Source: an uncultured Lewinella sp. (GTDB lineage: Bacteria; Bacteroidota; Bacteroidia; Chitinophagales; Saprospiraceae). Taken from it: a DNA stretch of 59,783 nt. Numbering within the stretch: the stretch's first letter is position 1; the number at the start of each line of letters is the position of its first letter. The notes under the pieces are model-generated. The model was not told the origin of the DNA and did not search any database. It saw only the letters and a list, made by a program, of their open reading frames with translations. The stretch covers positions 1 to 59,783 of the forward strand of contig CAZKPE010000003.1 of NCBI GenBank assembly GCA_964554545.1. The letters are read 5' to 3'. The position numbers and the translations under genes are program-made. Of this stretch, positions 1 to 9,429 are shown piece after piece.

Positions 1-1562
1 GTGTCCTGGAAAAAACCGCTGAAGCGGGTGCTGTTGATCTGGTTTTCCGTCTTCAGGACGCTGAAGAGCCGCACGGCATCCTCGTCGAAGGGCAGGCTGT
101 AGCCGGCCGAGTCCAGCCGCTCCCACTCGTTAATGTAGTCGTCGATGCGCTCGTGTTGCACTTTGCCGCTCCACTGCAGGAAGTGGCTGCGGGAGGTGGT
201 GGCGTCGCCGGTGTTGAGCTCCAGTCCGCCGCGCAGCTCGGCATTGTAGACCTGGATGTTCAGGAAGTTGCGGACGTTCTGCTGTTGCACGCCGGTGCCG
301 ATGATGCTGGTCTGTTGCCCGAAGGTTTCCGAGCCGAGATCGGTGTCGAGGTTGCCGAGGGTGTAGGCGCCGCCGATGCTGATGCCCTCGTCTTCGTCGC
401 TGCGGAAGGCCGAGGTGAGGAACTTGAGGAACAGCGGGTTGGCCGCCCGCTCGGGGATGTAGGTCAGCGAGAGGCCGCCCATCTGGGTGAGGAAGTCGTC
501 CCGCTCCGCCCCCTCGAAGGCGGTGAACAGGCTCAGGGTTTCGAAGAAGCCCCCGAAGGCCGTTTCCCGCTGCACGGGTCGGAAGTTGTAGATGCTGCGG
601 TTGTAATTGCCCAACAGCCCGAGCTGGAGGGTGCGGCTGAAGTCGTAGGTCACGTAGGCCTGGATGTCGTAGAAACTGGGGGTGTACTCGCCCGTGGTTT
701 CCAGGCTGCCGAGGATGTAGCGGGTGTCTTTGTAGCGCACGCCGCCCAGGAAGCGCAGCCGCTGGTAGGCCGAGCCGCCGAGTTGTTTGCTGCCCTCGAT
801 GTGGGCCGAACCGCCGAGCAGACTGGCGTCGAGGCTGGCGCGTAGGCTATCGGGGCGCTTGTACTTGATGTCGAGCACCGAACTGAGCTTGTCGCCGTAG
901 CGGGCCTCGAAGCCCCCCGAGGAGAAGCTCAGGCTGCGCATCAGGCGGGGGTTGGCGAAGGTGAGCCCCTCCTGCTGCCCCTGCCGCACGAGCTGGGGGC
1001 GGTAGATCTCGAAGTCGTTGACGTACACCAGGTTTTCGTCGTAGTTGCCGCCGCGGACGTTGTACTGGCTGGTAAGTTCGCCGCCCGCGCCGCTGCTCAC
1101 GCCGAGGGCGATACTGGGCAGGATGCTCTCCAGGTTGCCGGTGATGGAGGGCAGGAGGCGAAGCTGCTCGGGGTCTTCGCGGATCATGCCGCCCTCCTCG
1201 ATCTTGCTTTCGCGGACGATGACCTCCAGCGCGCTCTCTACGGGTACGAGGCCCACGTCGATCTGTTTGCGGGAGCCTTCGGGCAGGGCGGCCACGTTCA
1301 CGGCGGTTTCCCGGTAGCCGATGCGGCTGAAGACGAGCACGAAGTCCTGGCCGGCGGGCACGGTGGTGACGTAGCGGCCCGTCTGGCTGGTCTCCACGGC
1401 GGTAGTGGCTCCGCGGACGTAGACGGTAGCGAAGTCGATAGGCTGTTCACTGACGCCGTCGGTCACCCGGCCGCTGATGGAGGCCGTTGCGATCTGGGCG
1501 CGGGCGCAGGTGCAAGCCAGGACCAGAAAAACAACGAAGGCACTACGAAGGAGGGGAATCAA
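1..1562 (-). CDS. TonB-dependent receptor with N-terminal carboxypeptidase-like regulatory domain and plug (3' end outside window)
   Basis: Absent from the ORF track because it has no in-window stop. Manual translation from TTG at 1562 gives MIPLLRSAFVVFLVLACTCARAQ...SISGRVTDG...IDFATVYVRG and the plug motif SQYNVRGGNYDENLVYVND...GGFEARYGDKLSSVLDI. Confidence 0.88.
   Translation of the reverse strand, partial: MIPLLRSAFVVFLVLACTCARAQIATASISGRVTDGVSEQPIDFATVYVRGATTAVETSQTGRYVTTVPAGQDFVLVFSRIGYRETAVNVAALPEGSRKQIDVGLVPVESALEVIVRESKIEEGGMIREDPEQLRLLPSITGNLESILPSIALGVSSGAGGELTSQYNVRGGNYDENLVYVNDFEIYRPQLVRQGQQEGLTFANPRLMRSLSFSSGGFEARYGDKLSSVLDIKYKRPDSLRASLDASLLGGSAHIEGSKQLGGSAYQRLRFLGGVRYKDTRYILGSLETTGEYTPSFYDIQAYVTYDFSRTLQLGLLGNYNRSIYNFRPVQRETAFGGFFETLSLFTAFEGAERDDFLTQMGGLSLTYIPERAANPLFLKFLTSAFRSDEDEGISIGGAYTLGNLDTDLGSETFGQQTSIIGTGVQQQNVRNFLNIQVYNAELRGGLELNTGDATTSRSHFLQWSGKVQHERIDDYINEWERLDSAGYSLPFDEDAVRLFSVLKTENQINSTRFSGFFQD
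1495..1516 (-). repeat. Dispersed motif copy CTTGCACCTGCGCCCGCGCCCA
   Basis: Identical over 22 bp to 59021-59042; encodes CTCARAQ in the signal peptide. Confidence 0.85.
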
Positions 1563-1646
1563 GACCGGGGCGATGAGCTAGGGGAACGGTAAAGGTAGGG
1601 CGGGGATTGCCTTGCCGTCGGCTGTGGCTTGCCGCGTCCGCCAGGG

Positions 1647-2219
1647 CTACTCCACCGGCCAGAAGATCAGCCCCAGTACTTCCACTAACTCCCCCGCGTG
1701 GCCGTAGATCCCCCGCAGTTCGCCCCGGTAACCCCCATCGGCGTTCTGAGTGATCAGGGTACGGAAGGTGGTATCGCCGCCCCGCCCGCCGTAGAGGGGG
1801 CTCACGCTACCATCCGAGAAGTGGAACTGCACGGCGTCGATGTACCAGCCGGCCCGCCCGCTGATGCCGATCCACTGCCCGCCTGGTGGTACGGGGTAGG
1901 GGGATGCAAATTCAGCCCCCGCCGGGCGGCCGACGGTATAGACCTGCTCGCGCCCGTCCGCATCGGTGTAGGTGAAGCGTAGGCACTGTACGACCAGGAA
2001 GTCGGCATTCCCCGTGGTGCCGACCTCGATCTGACGCAGGACGGTGCCGGGGGTCAGGAATTCGGCGCGGAAGGCGGGAGATTCGGTGCCCGTCACCCCG
2101 CCGACCGGGGCGGAGTAGTGCAGCTCACCGAGGCGGGCCTTCACGTCGGGAATGGCGGTGGTGGCGCGCTGGCAACCGGCGAGGAGCAGGAGGGAGAGAA
2201 GAATCGGGGCGGTCCGCAT
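1647..2219 (-). CDS. Jacalin-like lectin domain lipoprotein
   Basis: ATG at 2219, lipobox LLAGC, jacalin-like motifs ISGRAGWYIDAVQF and YGGRGG. Confidence 0.7.
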   Translation of the reverse strand: MRTAPILLSLLLLAGCQRATTAIPDVKARLGELHYSAPVGGVTGTESPAFRAEFLTPGTVLRQIEVGTTGNADFLVVQCLRFTYTDADGREQVYTVGRPAGAEFASPYPVPPGGQWIGISGRAGWYIDAVQFHFSDGSVSPLYGGRGGDTTFRTLITQNADGGYRGELRGIYGHAGELVEVLGLIFWPVE

Positions 2220-2313
2220 ACGGCTGAAATTACGGAATGCCCCGGCGCGGCCGATTGCTAACGGGCGGGGCTGATATATTTCCGTACCTTCGCCGTCCCA
2301 CCAAGCTACCCGC

Positions 2314-3120
2314 ATGGCAACTGTATTAAGCTTACTGAACCACAAAGGCGGCGTCGGCAAAACGACCAGCGCCATCAACATCGGAGCCGGGCTTGTTGAG
2401 CTCGGGCAGCGCGTACTGCTCGTCGACCTCGACCCCCAGGCTAACCTGACCCTCAGCCTCGGCATCCCCCGTCAGCCCGTGACGATCTACGAGAGCATGA
2501 TGGGGGAGAGCGACCTGAGCCCCTACGAGATCAAGCCCGGTTTCCACGTCGTCACCTCCAGCCTGGACCTGTCCAGCGCCGAAATGGAACTGGTTAACGA
2601 GGCCGGCCGGGAATTCATCCTGCGGGAGCTCTTCGCCGGGGTGGATGAGGACTACGACTTTATTATCATCGACTGTCCGCCGAGTTTGGGCTTGCTCACG
2701 CTGAATGCGCTGACGAGCAGCCAGCAGGTGATCATCCCGCTGCAGACCGAATTCCTGGCACTGCAGGGGCTGGCCAAGATCAAGCAGGTCATCCAGAAGG
2801 TGAAATTGCGGCTGAATAAGGAGCTGCACATCAGCGGCGTGCTGGCCACCATGTACGACCAGCGGAAGGTACTCAACCGCGACGTGGTGGATACGATCAA
2901 GAAGTACTTCGGACCGCTGGTCTTCGATACCTACATCCGCAGCAACGTAGCCCTGGCCGAGGCCCCCTCCCAGGGGCAGGATATCTTCACCTACAGCAAG
3001 TCGAGCCATGGGGCCAAGGATTACCTGAAGGTGTGTAAGGAGATCCTGGATCGTACCGAGAATCCCCCGCACCTGCGCCCGCGCCCGGAAAGAAAACCCG
3101 CTCCGACACCCGCCAAGTAA
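2314..3120 (+). CDS. ParA/Soj-family ATPase (no adjacent parB)
   Basis: Deviant Walker A KGGVGKTT, plus DLDPQAN, IIDCPP and LAEAPS motifs. Confidence 0.93.
   Translation: MATVLSLLNHKGGVGKTTSAINIGAGLVELGQRVLLVDLDPQANLTLSLGIPRQPVTIYESMMGESDLSPYEIKPGFHVVTSSLDLSSAEMELVNEAGREFILRELFAGVDEDYDFIIIDCPPSLGLLTLNALTSSQQVIIPLQTEFLALQGLAKIKQVIQKVKLRLNKELHISGVLATMYDQRKVLNRDVVDTIKKYFGPLVFDTYIRSNVALAEAPSQGQDIFTYSKSSHGAKDYLKVCKEILDRTENPPHLRPRPERKPAPTPAK
3069..3086 (+). repeat. Dispersed motif copy GCACCTGCGCCCGCGCCC
   Basis: Exact 18-bp core in the parA 3' tail, read as HLRPRP. Confidence 0.85.
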
Positions 3121-3127
3121 GCTCGCC

Positions 3128-3550
3128 ATGGCTAAGAAACGATTCACCGACAACCTCTCCGGCCTGTTCGAGGACGACTACCTCATCGGCGACGACCCCC
3201 AGGCCGTCAACGAGGAAGTGGTGGAAGTGGACGTGCCGGTCAGAACCAAGAGGGCGACCAAGAAGATCACCAGCAAGAACTTCACGAAGAATCTGGACGT
3301 CTTCATTAGTGACGACAACCGCCGTAGCCGCGGCCGCAGCCGCCGTACCGGGCTGGACTACCTCATCCGCTCCACGGTACAGGACGACCCCGACCGCCAG
3401 CCCGACGAGCCGGTCAAGCCCGAAACCAAGCGCGTCACCCTGGTCTTCAACAAGCAGCACCTGCTGACCCTCAAGGAACAGGCCAAGGAGCGCAAGATGT
3501 ACCTCAAGGATGTCGTGCAGGAGATGGTCGCTCAGTATCTCGAAGAGTAA
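3128..3550 (+). CDS. Small ParA partner with putative C-terminal ribbon-helix-helix domain
   Basis: Starts 7 bp after parA. The C-terminus KRVTLVFNKQHLLTLKEQAKERKMYLKDVVQEMVAQYL has a beta-alpha-alpha pattern. Confidence 0.7.
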   Translation: MAKKRFTDNLSGLFEDDYLIGDDPQAVNEEVVEVDVPVRTKRATKKITSKNFTKNLDVFISDDNRRSRGRSRRTGLDYLIRSTVQDDPDRQPDEPVKPETKRVTLVFNKQHLLTLKEQAKERKMYLKDVVQEMVAQYLEE

Positions 3551-3611
3551 GGCTAACTTATTCACACGCGGCCCGTTGATTGTAGCGTTGAAACACGCTA
3601 ACTTCCCCTTC

Positions 3612-6600
3612 ATGCGTCCCGGTCTCCTGCTTCTGTTTTGTCTTCTCGCTCTGGTGAGTTTGCGTGCCCAAACCGCCCGGGTCGAGTTCGGGAAGAACCG
3701 CGTACAGTACCACAATGATTTTTCGGACTGGGAGAAGTACGATTCGGACAACTTCATCACCTACTGGTACGGCAACAACCAGGGCGTCGGCCAGGCCGTC
3801 GTTCAGTTGGCCGAGTACGACTTCGCCTACATCCAGAAGATGCTGGAGAGCCGCCTGAACGAAAAGGTGCAACTCATCACGTACCGTGACATCACCGATG
3901 TCAAGCAGAGTAATATCGGGGCTGAGGAGGTTTTCGAGCTCACCGGTAATCAGTCCATCAACGCGAACACCAGCTACGTCGGCGGTACACGCGCCAAATT
4001 CCTGGGCAACAAGGCCTTCGTCTACTTCACCGGCGATCACCTGGACCTGCGGCGGCAGGTGCGCGAGGCCATGGCCAGCGTGTACATCGAGCAGCTGCTT
4101 TATGGCTCGACGGTGCAGGAGGTGGTGCAGAACGCCGTGCTGCTCAACCTGCCCGAGTGGTTCAAGCCCGGGCTCGTGGCCTACCTCGGCGAGGATTGGA
4201 ACTCGGAACTGGACGACCAGCTGCGCGATCTGCTCAGCACCGGTGAGTACGAAGATTTCGAAGACCTGGCCGAAGACTACCCCCGCCTGGCCGGCCATTC
4301 CCTCTGGTACTACATCGCCACCAATATGGGCAAGCCGACGGTCAGTAACCTGCTGTACCTGACGCGCATCAACCGCTCGGTGGAGAATGGTTTCCTCTAC
4401 GTGCTTGGTAGCGGCTACGACAACGTGCTCTTCAACTGGATGGAGTATTTCCAGAACCGCTACGCCGAAGATGCCAGCGGCAAACGGATACCGACCGAGG
4501 ACCCCTTATTGATCACCAACAAAAAGCAGTTGCCCATCACGCAGGTAAAGCTAAGCCCGGACGGCAGCAAGGTGGCCTACATTCAGAACGAGATCGGCAA
4601 GTACAAGGTATTCGTGCAGGACGTAAGCACCGGCGAGCGGGAGCTGATCCTGAAGGGTGGGCAACGCAATCTGCTGCAGGCCACCGACTACGCATACCCC
4701 CTCATCGACTTCAACCCCAACAATCAGGAATTGGCCATCCTGTACGAGTTCCGCGACCAGCCGAAGTTGCTGCTGTACAACCTGGCGAACGGGGAGAAGA
4801 AGACCGACATCCTCGGGATTCGCCTGGACCGCGTGCTGACCCTCGCCTACAACGGGCCGGTCAACTTCATTATCTCGGCGATGGCTGATGGCTTCAGCGA
4901 CATTTACCACTATTACCCGGCCACCCGGCAGGCGGTCAAGATCACCAACGACCACTGGGACGACCTGGACGCGGTGCCCGTCGACATCCGCGGCCGGCGG
5001 GGCGTCGTTTTCGCCAGCAATCGCCCGGACACCAGCCTACTGGCCCAGCGGCTGGACACCCTGCTTCCCATTAACCACTACGATCTGTTCTACTACGATC
5101 TGGAGAACAAGCCGGGGCACCTAGTGCGCATCACCGATACGCCACTGGCCGACGAGCGGGAGCCAGCCGCCATCGACGGGGAGCACTTTGCCTACCTGAG
5201 CGACGTCAACGGGATCTACAACCGCTTTCAGGCCCGTCTGGAGGATTACATCGACCACTACGAGCAGACGATCTACCTGGAAGACGGAACGGAGATTACC
5301 ATGCACGGCGATTCCACGCTGGAATCCCTCGATACGGCCCTCATCGATTCCATTGCCATTTTCCCGGTCATTCGCGAGCGGGCGGTGACCGAGGCCACCA
5401 CCGATTATGGGACAAATATCCTGCGCCTCGATGGTAGTGGCGGACTTCCCGTTGGCGTAGAGAGCTTCATCGATCAGGGCGACACCTATATCCGCCGCTT
5501 CACCTTCGATACCACCGCCGCGGTAAGTCTGCGCCCGACCGCCTACCGCCGCCGCAGTTACCAGGATGCCGGACAGGTCGTGCCCCAGTTCACCACCACC
5601 GCCCGACAGCCTACTGATCGGGTCATGCGCCCCAACCGGATCAACCCGGAGGATGCCCCGGACGAGGAGGGTCTTCTTTTTCAGACCCGCTTCCAGGATA
5701 CGGTTGCCCCGCCGCCGGTGACCTCCCCGGGGGTCACCGAATTACTGGACACCGACCGCCGGACGGAGTCGCCGCCCGCCGCGGCCCGCCCCGACAGTAC
5801 CGGTACCCGACCCCCACTGACGGTAGTGGGCGGGGCGAACGACCGACCCGTCACCAGACGGGATCGCGGGCTGCCCGCCGTACGGGGCGAACGACCGGCC
5901 CCCGAACTGAACCGGATCTACCGCTTTCGGCCGGGTAAGGTCACCTCCTACCGCACCACGTTCCGGGTGAACTACGTGAAAACGACGGTCGACAACGAGC
6001 CCCTCTTCGACGGCATCAATACCGTAGCCGCGAACCCGGACGGCTATACTCAGCAGCCAGTCGGCATTCTCCTGAAGGGAAATCTCGTGGACCTGCTGGA
6101 AGATTACGTCATCGAAGGCGGGATCCGCATCCCGACGAGCTTCAACGGAACGGAGTACTTCCTTACCGGTAGGGACGTACGGCGGCGGCTCGACCGGATT
6201 TACACCTTTTACCGGCGCAACCGCCGGCTGCAGGAAGGGACATTCGATCGGTCGGTCTTTCCCGATCAGCCCCGATTAGTGGAAGAGAACACCCTGATGG
6301 CACAGTATGGGGTCCGCTACCCCCTCGATATCTTCCGCAGTCTGCGGGCCACGGCGACGGTTCGTCGCGACCGGGTACAAACCCTGCCCACCGAGCTGGC
6401 CGCCCTGCAAACGGAACCCCTGAGTACGGAGCGGGTCGGGCTGCGGCTCGAGTACGTCTTTGATAACACCCTCAACCTGGGGACCAACCTCCGTATGGGG
6501 AGCCGCTATAAACTGTACGGGGATGTGTTCAAAAGCTTCAATATTTCCTTTGATGAGGGGGTGAGCTCGCAGTTCGAGCCCGGTATCCTGGGTATCGTCG

Positions 6601-7205
6601 GGGTTGATGCCCGTCATTACCAGCGGATTCTGAAGCGGAGTATCATCGCCCTGCGGTTTGCCGGAGCCACCAATTTCGGACGGCAAAAGGTGCTCTATTA
6701 CCTGGGGGGCGCGGACAATAGCGTCCTGCGAAATTTCAACGAGGGCATCCCAACCCCCACTACCTCGGACTTCGTATTCCAGGACTTGGCTAACCCGCTG
6801 CGGGGCTTCGATATCAACATCCGCAACGGGGGCACCTATGCGCTGGCGAACGCCGAGCTCCGGGTACCGGTCTTCAATTACCTGTTCGGGAACCTACGCT
6901 CGGCCTTCCTGCGTGATTTCCAAGTCGTCGGCTTCTTCGATACCGGTACCGCCTGGTCGGGCCGCAACCCCTTCGACGAAGATAACCCGGTCAACATCAC
7001 CGAATATCCCGAAACGGATAACGACGGCTTCAGCCCCGTCCGCGTCCGTGTCCGGCGGTTCCGCGAACCCATCGTCTACGGTTACGGTGCCGGCGTACGG
7101 ACGAGCCTCTTCGGCTACTTTATCCGGGTCGACTACGGCTGGGGGGTCGAGACCGGTCTGCGGCAGCCGGGCAAGCTGCACTTGTCGTTGGGTCTGGACT
7201 TTTAG
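3612..7205 (+). CDS. Outer-membrane protein: degenerate peptidase-like domain + TolB/PD40 propeller + Omp85/BamA-type barrel
   Basis: ATG at 3612 with signal peptide, LSPDGSKVAY repeat, PLRGF and ANAELRVP Omp85 motifs, C-terminal LHLSLGLDF beta-signal. Confidence 0.8.
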   Translation: MRPGLLLLFCLLALVSLRAQTARVEFGKNRVQYHNDFSDWEKYDSDNFITYWYGNNQGVGQAVVQLAEYDFAYIQKMLESRLNEKVQLITYRDITDVKQSNIGAEEVFELTGNQSINANTSYVGGTRAKFLGNKAFVYFTGDHLDLRRQVREAMASVYIEQLLYGSTVQEVVQNAVLLNLPEWFKPGLVAYLGEDWNSELDDQLRDLLSTGEYEDFEDLAEDYPRLAGHSLWYYIATNMGKPTVSNLLYLTRINRSVENGFLYVLGSGYDNVLFNWMEYFQNRYAEDASGKRIPTEDPLLITNKKQLPITQVKLSPDGSKVAYIQNEIGKYKVFVQDVSTGERELILKGGQRNLLQATDYAYPLIDFNPNNQELAILYEFRDQPKLLLYNLANGEKKTDILGIRLDRVLTLAYNGPVNFIISAMADGFSDIYHYYPATRQAVKITNDHWDDLDAVPVDIRGRRGVVFASNRPDTSLLAQRLDTLLPINHYDLFYYDLENKPGHLVRITDTPLADEREPAAIDGEHFAYLSDVNGIYNRFQARLEDYIDHYEQTIYLEDGTEITMHGDSTLESLDTALIDSIAIFPVIRERAVTEATTDYGTNILRLDGSGGLPVGVESFIDQGDTYIRRFTFDTTAAVSLRPTAYRRRSYQDAGQVVPQFTTTARQPTDRVMRPNRINPEDAPDEEGLLFQTRFQDTVAPPPVTSPGVTELLDTDRRTESPPAAARPDSTGTRPPLTVVGGANDRPVTRRDRGLPAVRGERPAPELNRIYRFRPGKVTSYRTTFRVNYVKTTVDNEPLFDGINTVAANPDGYTQQPVGILLKGNLVDLLEDYVIEGGIRIPTSFNGTEYFLTGRDVRRRLDRIYTFYRRNRRLQEGTFDRSVFPDQPRLVEENTLMAQYGVRYPLDIFRSLRATATVRRDRVQTLPTELAALQTEPLSTERVGLRLEYVFDNTLNLGTNLRMGSRYKLYGDVFKSFNISFDEGVSSQFEPGILGIVGVDARHYQRILKRSIIALRFAGATNFGRQKVLYYLGGADNSVLRNFNEGIPTPTTSDFVFQDLANPLRGFDINIRNGGTYALANAELRVPVFNYLFGNLRSAFLRDFQVVGFFDTGTAWSGRNPFDEDNPVNITEYPETDNDGFSPVRVRVRRFREPIVYGYGAGVRTSLFGYFIRVDYGWGVETGLRQPGKLHLSLGLDF

Positions 7206-7290
7206 CGACCGGTAAACCCGCCGGGCTTGAGTTGGCGACCGGAGCCGGCTACTGTACCTTGTGCCGCCAAACTGACCGTTGCTACCACCT

Positions 7291-8313
7291 ATGACCAAGA
7301 TTCGCGCCGCCATTACCGGGGTTCAGGGCTATGTACCCGACTACATTCTCACGAATGAAGAGCTCGCCACCATCGTCGATACGAGCGATGAATGGATCAC
7401 CTCCCGGACGGGCATCAGCGAACGCCGCATCCTAAAAGGGGAAGGCAAAGGAACCTCGGTTATGGTCGAGCAGGCGCTGCGTAAGCTGCTGGACAAAACG
7501 GGCACCCACCCCGACGAGGTGGAACTGGTTGTCTGCGCTACCGTAACCGGCGACAGCATCTTCCCGGATACGGCTAATGTAGCCGCTTACAAAGCAGGAA
7601 TACGCAAGGCTTTCGGATTTGACGTGAGTGCAGCCTGTAGCGGATTCCTGTACGCCCTTACCGTTGGCGCGAAATTCATCGAATCCGGCCAGCATAAGAA
7701 GGTAATCGTGGTGGGGGCTGACAAGATGTCCTCCATCATCGATTATACCGACCGCACGACCTGCGTCATCTTCGGGGACGGGAGCGGGGCGGTCCTGCTG
7801 GAGCCGGCAACCGATGGTACCGGCGTGATCGATTACCGCCACTACGGCGATGGTAGCGGCGAGGAATACCTGTACTTGGTGGCCGGCGGCTCCCGTAAAC
7901 CGGCTACGGTGGATACGATCATGGCCCGCGAGCACTTCGTGCGGCAGAACGGGCGGCCAGTCTTCAAGGCAGCAGTGAAGGGGATGTCGGAGGTGGTGGC
8001 CGAAGTGATGCAGCGCAACGGCCTGAAACAGGAGGAGGTCGCCTGGCTGGTCCCCCACCAAGCCAACATCCGCATCATTCAGACGGTCAGTAAGCTGCTC
8101 CACTTCCCGCTGGACAAGGTCATGATCAACATTCATAAGTACGGAAATACGACGGCGGGTACCCTGCCCCTCTGTCTGTGGGACTACGAACCACGCTTAC
8201 GTAAAGGGGACAACCTGATCCTGACGGCATTCGGGGGCGGCTTCACCTGGGGCGCGCTCTACCTGAAGTGGGCCTACGATGGGGCGGGCGGGGACGCAGG
8301 TGCCGACGAATAG
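7291..8313 (+). CDS. fabH: 3-oxoacyl-ACP synthase III
   Basis: Catalytic motifs AACSGF, HQANIRI and GNT; FGGGFTWG. Confidence 0.96.
   Translation: MTKIRAAITGVQGYVPDYILTNEELATIVDTSDEWITSRTGISERRILKGEGKGTSVMVEQALRKLLDKTGTHPDEVELVVCATVTGDSIFPDTANVAAYKAGIRKAFGFDVSAACSGFLYALTVGAKFIESGQHKKVIVVGADKMSSIIDYTDRTTCVIFGDGSGAVLLEPATDGTGVIDYRHYGDGSGEEYLYLVAGGSRKPATVDTIMAREHFVRQNGRPVFKAAVKGMSEVVAEVMQRNGLKQEEVAWLVPHQANIRIIQTVSKLLHFPLDKVMINIHKYGNTTAGTLPLCLWDYEPRLRKGDNLILTAFGGGFTWGALYLKWAYDGAGGDAGADE
8286..8303 (-). repeat. Dispersed motif copy GCACCTGCGTCCCCGCCC (2 mismatches)
   Basis: Lies in the non-conserved fabH 3' tail (GGDAGA). Confidence 0.65.
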
Positions 8314-8408
8314 GTGAACGCCGACATATTCCCGCATATCCGGAGCGCTTACGCACATCATCCGGCCTGACACGTTTTTGGTCGTATCGCGGTGATCGTG
8401 AGCGAACT

Positions 8409-9197
8409 ATGACCAGGGAAGAACTAAAAAAAAGCGGCTTACTCGACCAGTACGTCCTCGGTCTGCTCGGCCCCGAGCAAGCCGGGGAGGTGGAACGTAT
8501 GCTGGACGGCGACCCCATGTTGGAAGCCGAGGTGGAGCGCTTGCGGCGGGAGCTGAACGCCTACGCCGACGCTCGCAATATCGGGCCGCCACCGGGGGGC
8601 AGGACCGTTCGCACCGCACGGGACTTTCAAGACCTGGATCACGAGATGATCACCGCCATGATGGAGCGGAACCACACCCTCAATATCTGGCGGTACGTAT
8701 TAGTGGCGATCTGTTTGCTGCTAGTCGGCCTGGCCGGATACCTGTTCCGTATCAAGGAGAATTATCGCGGCCAACTGCTCCGTGAAGAAGCCCTGCACGC
8801 CCAGGATGCGGTCGTTTACGAATTTGAGATGGAACGCAGCCAGGAGGCCGTCTGGGACAGTCTCCGCAACTGGCACGGATTTCGTTTGCTGGAAGAACGC
8901 CTTGATTCCGGCACCTTACGGGTACATCTGCCCAGTAACGGGAAGGTTGCCCTGGTCGATCTATCCGGAGTACCCGCGCCGAAGCCTGATATGGCCTATT
9001 ACCTGTTCGTCGGAGAACCGAATGGCGAGAGCGAACCGGTGATCGTGGGCCGGGGGCAGGGTGAGCAGGGCTTGCACGCCCTGTCGCTACACCATGGGGC
9101 TCGGTACCTGCGCATTTATGAATGGGAAGCAGGCCTTGCCGACTACCCCGTTAGCAGCAGCCGCCCGGTTGCTGAGCTTGAATTGCCGATCCGATAG
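8409..9197 (+). CDS. RskA-like anti-sigma factor (no adjacent sigma gene)
   Basis: N-terminal SGLLDQYVLGLL...EVERM, one TM helix, and a C-terminal region with LSGVPAPKPDMAYYL. Confidence 0.7.
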   Translation: MTREELKKSGLLDQYVLGLLGPEQAGEVERMLDGDPMLEAEVERLRRELNAYADARNIGPPPGGRTVRTARDFQDLDHEMITAMMERNHTLNIWRYVLVAICLLLVGLAGYLFRIKENYRGQLLREEALHAQDAVVYEFEMERSQEAVWDSLRNWHGFRLLEERLDSGTLRVHLPSNGKVALVDLSGVPAPKPDMAYYLFVGEPNGESEPVIVGRGQGEQGLHALSLHHGARYLRIYEWEAGLADYPVSSSRPVAELELPIR

Positions 9198-9429
9198 GGA
9201 CGCCGATACGTATAGTTTAACACCCGATAGGTGTGAAAAGGGCAAGTCAAAAATTACAGATCCGGGGTGGTTAAACTATAATGCCCTGAAAATTAGAAAG
9301 TAACCGAGTTGCGCCTTGGAATAACACGACGAATATTGTTTATTGCAACTGCTCCCCGGGCAGTCTGATTATTTTGTCGGCCACCGGTCTCGCTGATACG
9401 TCTCTTTCATTTCACAACGTGTTCATTTC

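Noticed and set aside
153-845. 230-aa + strand ORF, and similar long ORFs such as 19195-20076, 21920-22951, 25469-26530 and 36652-37716
   Set aside because: These are antisense or alternate-frame shadows of well-supported genes, expected in GC-rich DNA, and carry no recognisable motifs.
2314-3550. Integrated plasmid or ICE partition cassette
   Set aside because: No rep, relaxase, integrase, att sites or obvious compositional break.
8358-8386. ECF-type promoter TCATCC-N19-CGTA upstream of the anti-sigma gene
   Set aside because: The spacer is longer than typical and there is only one instance.
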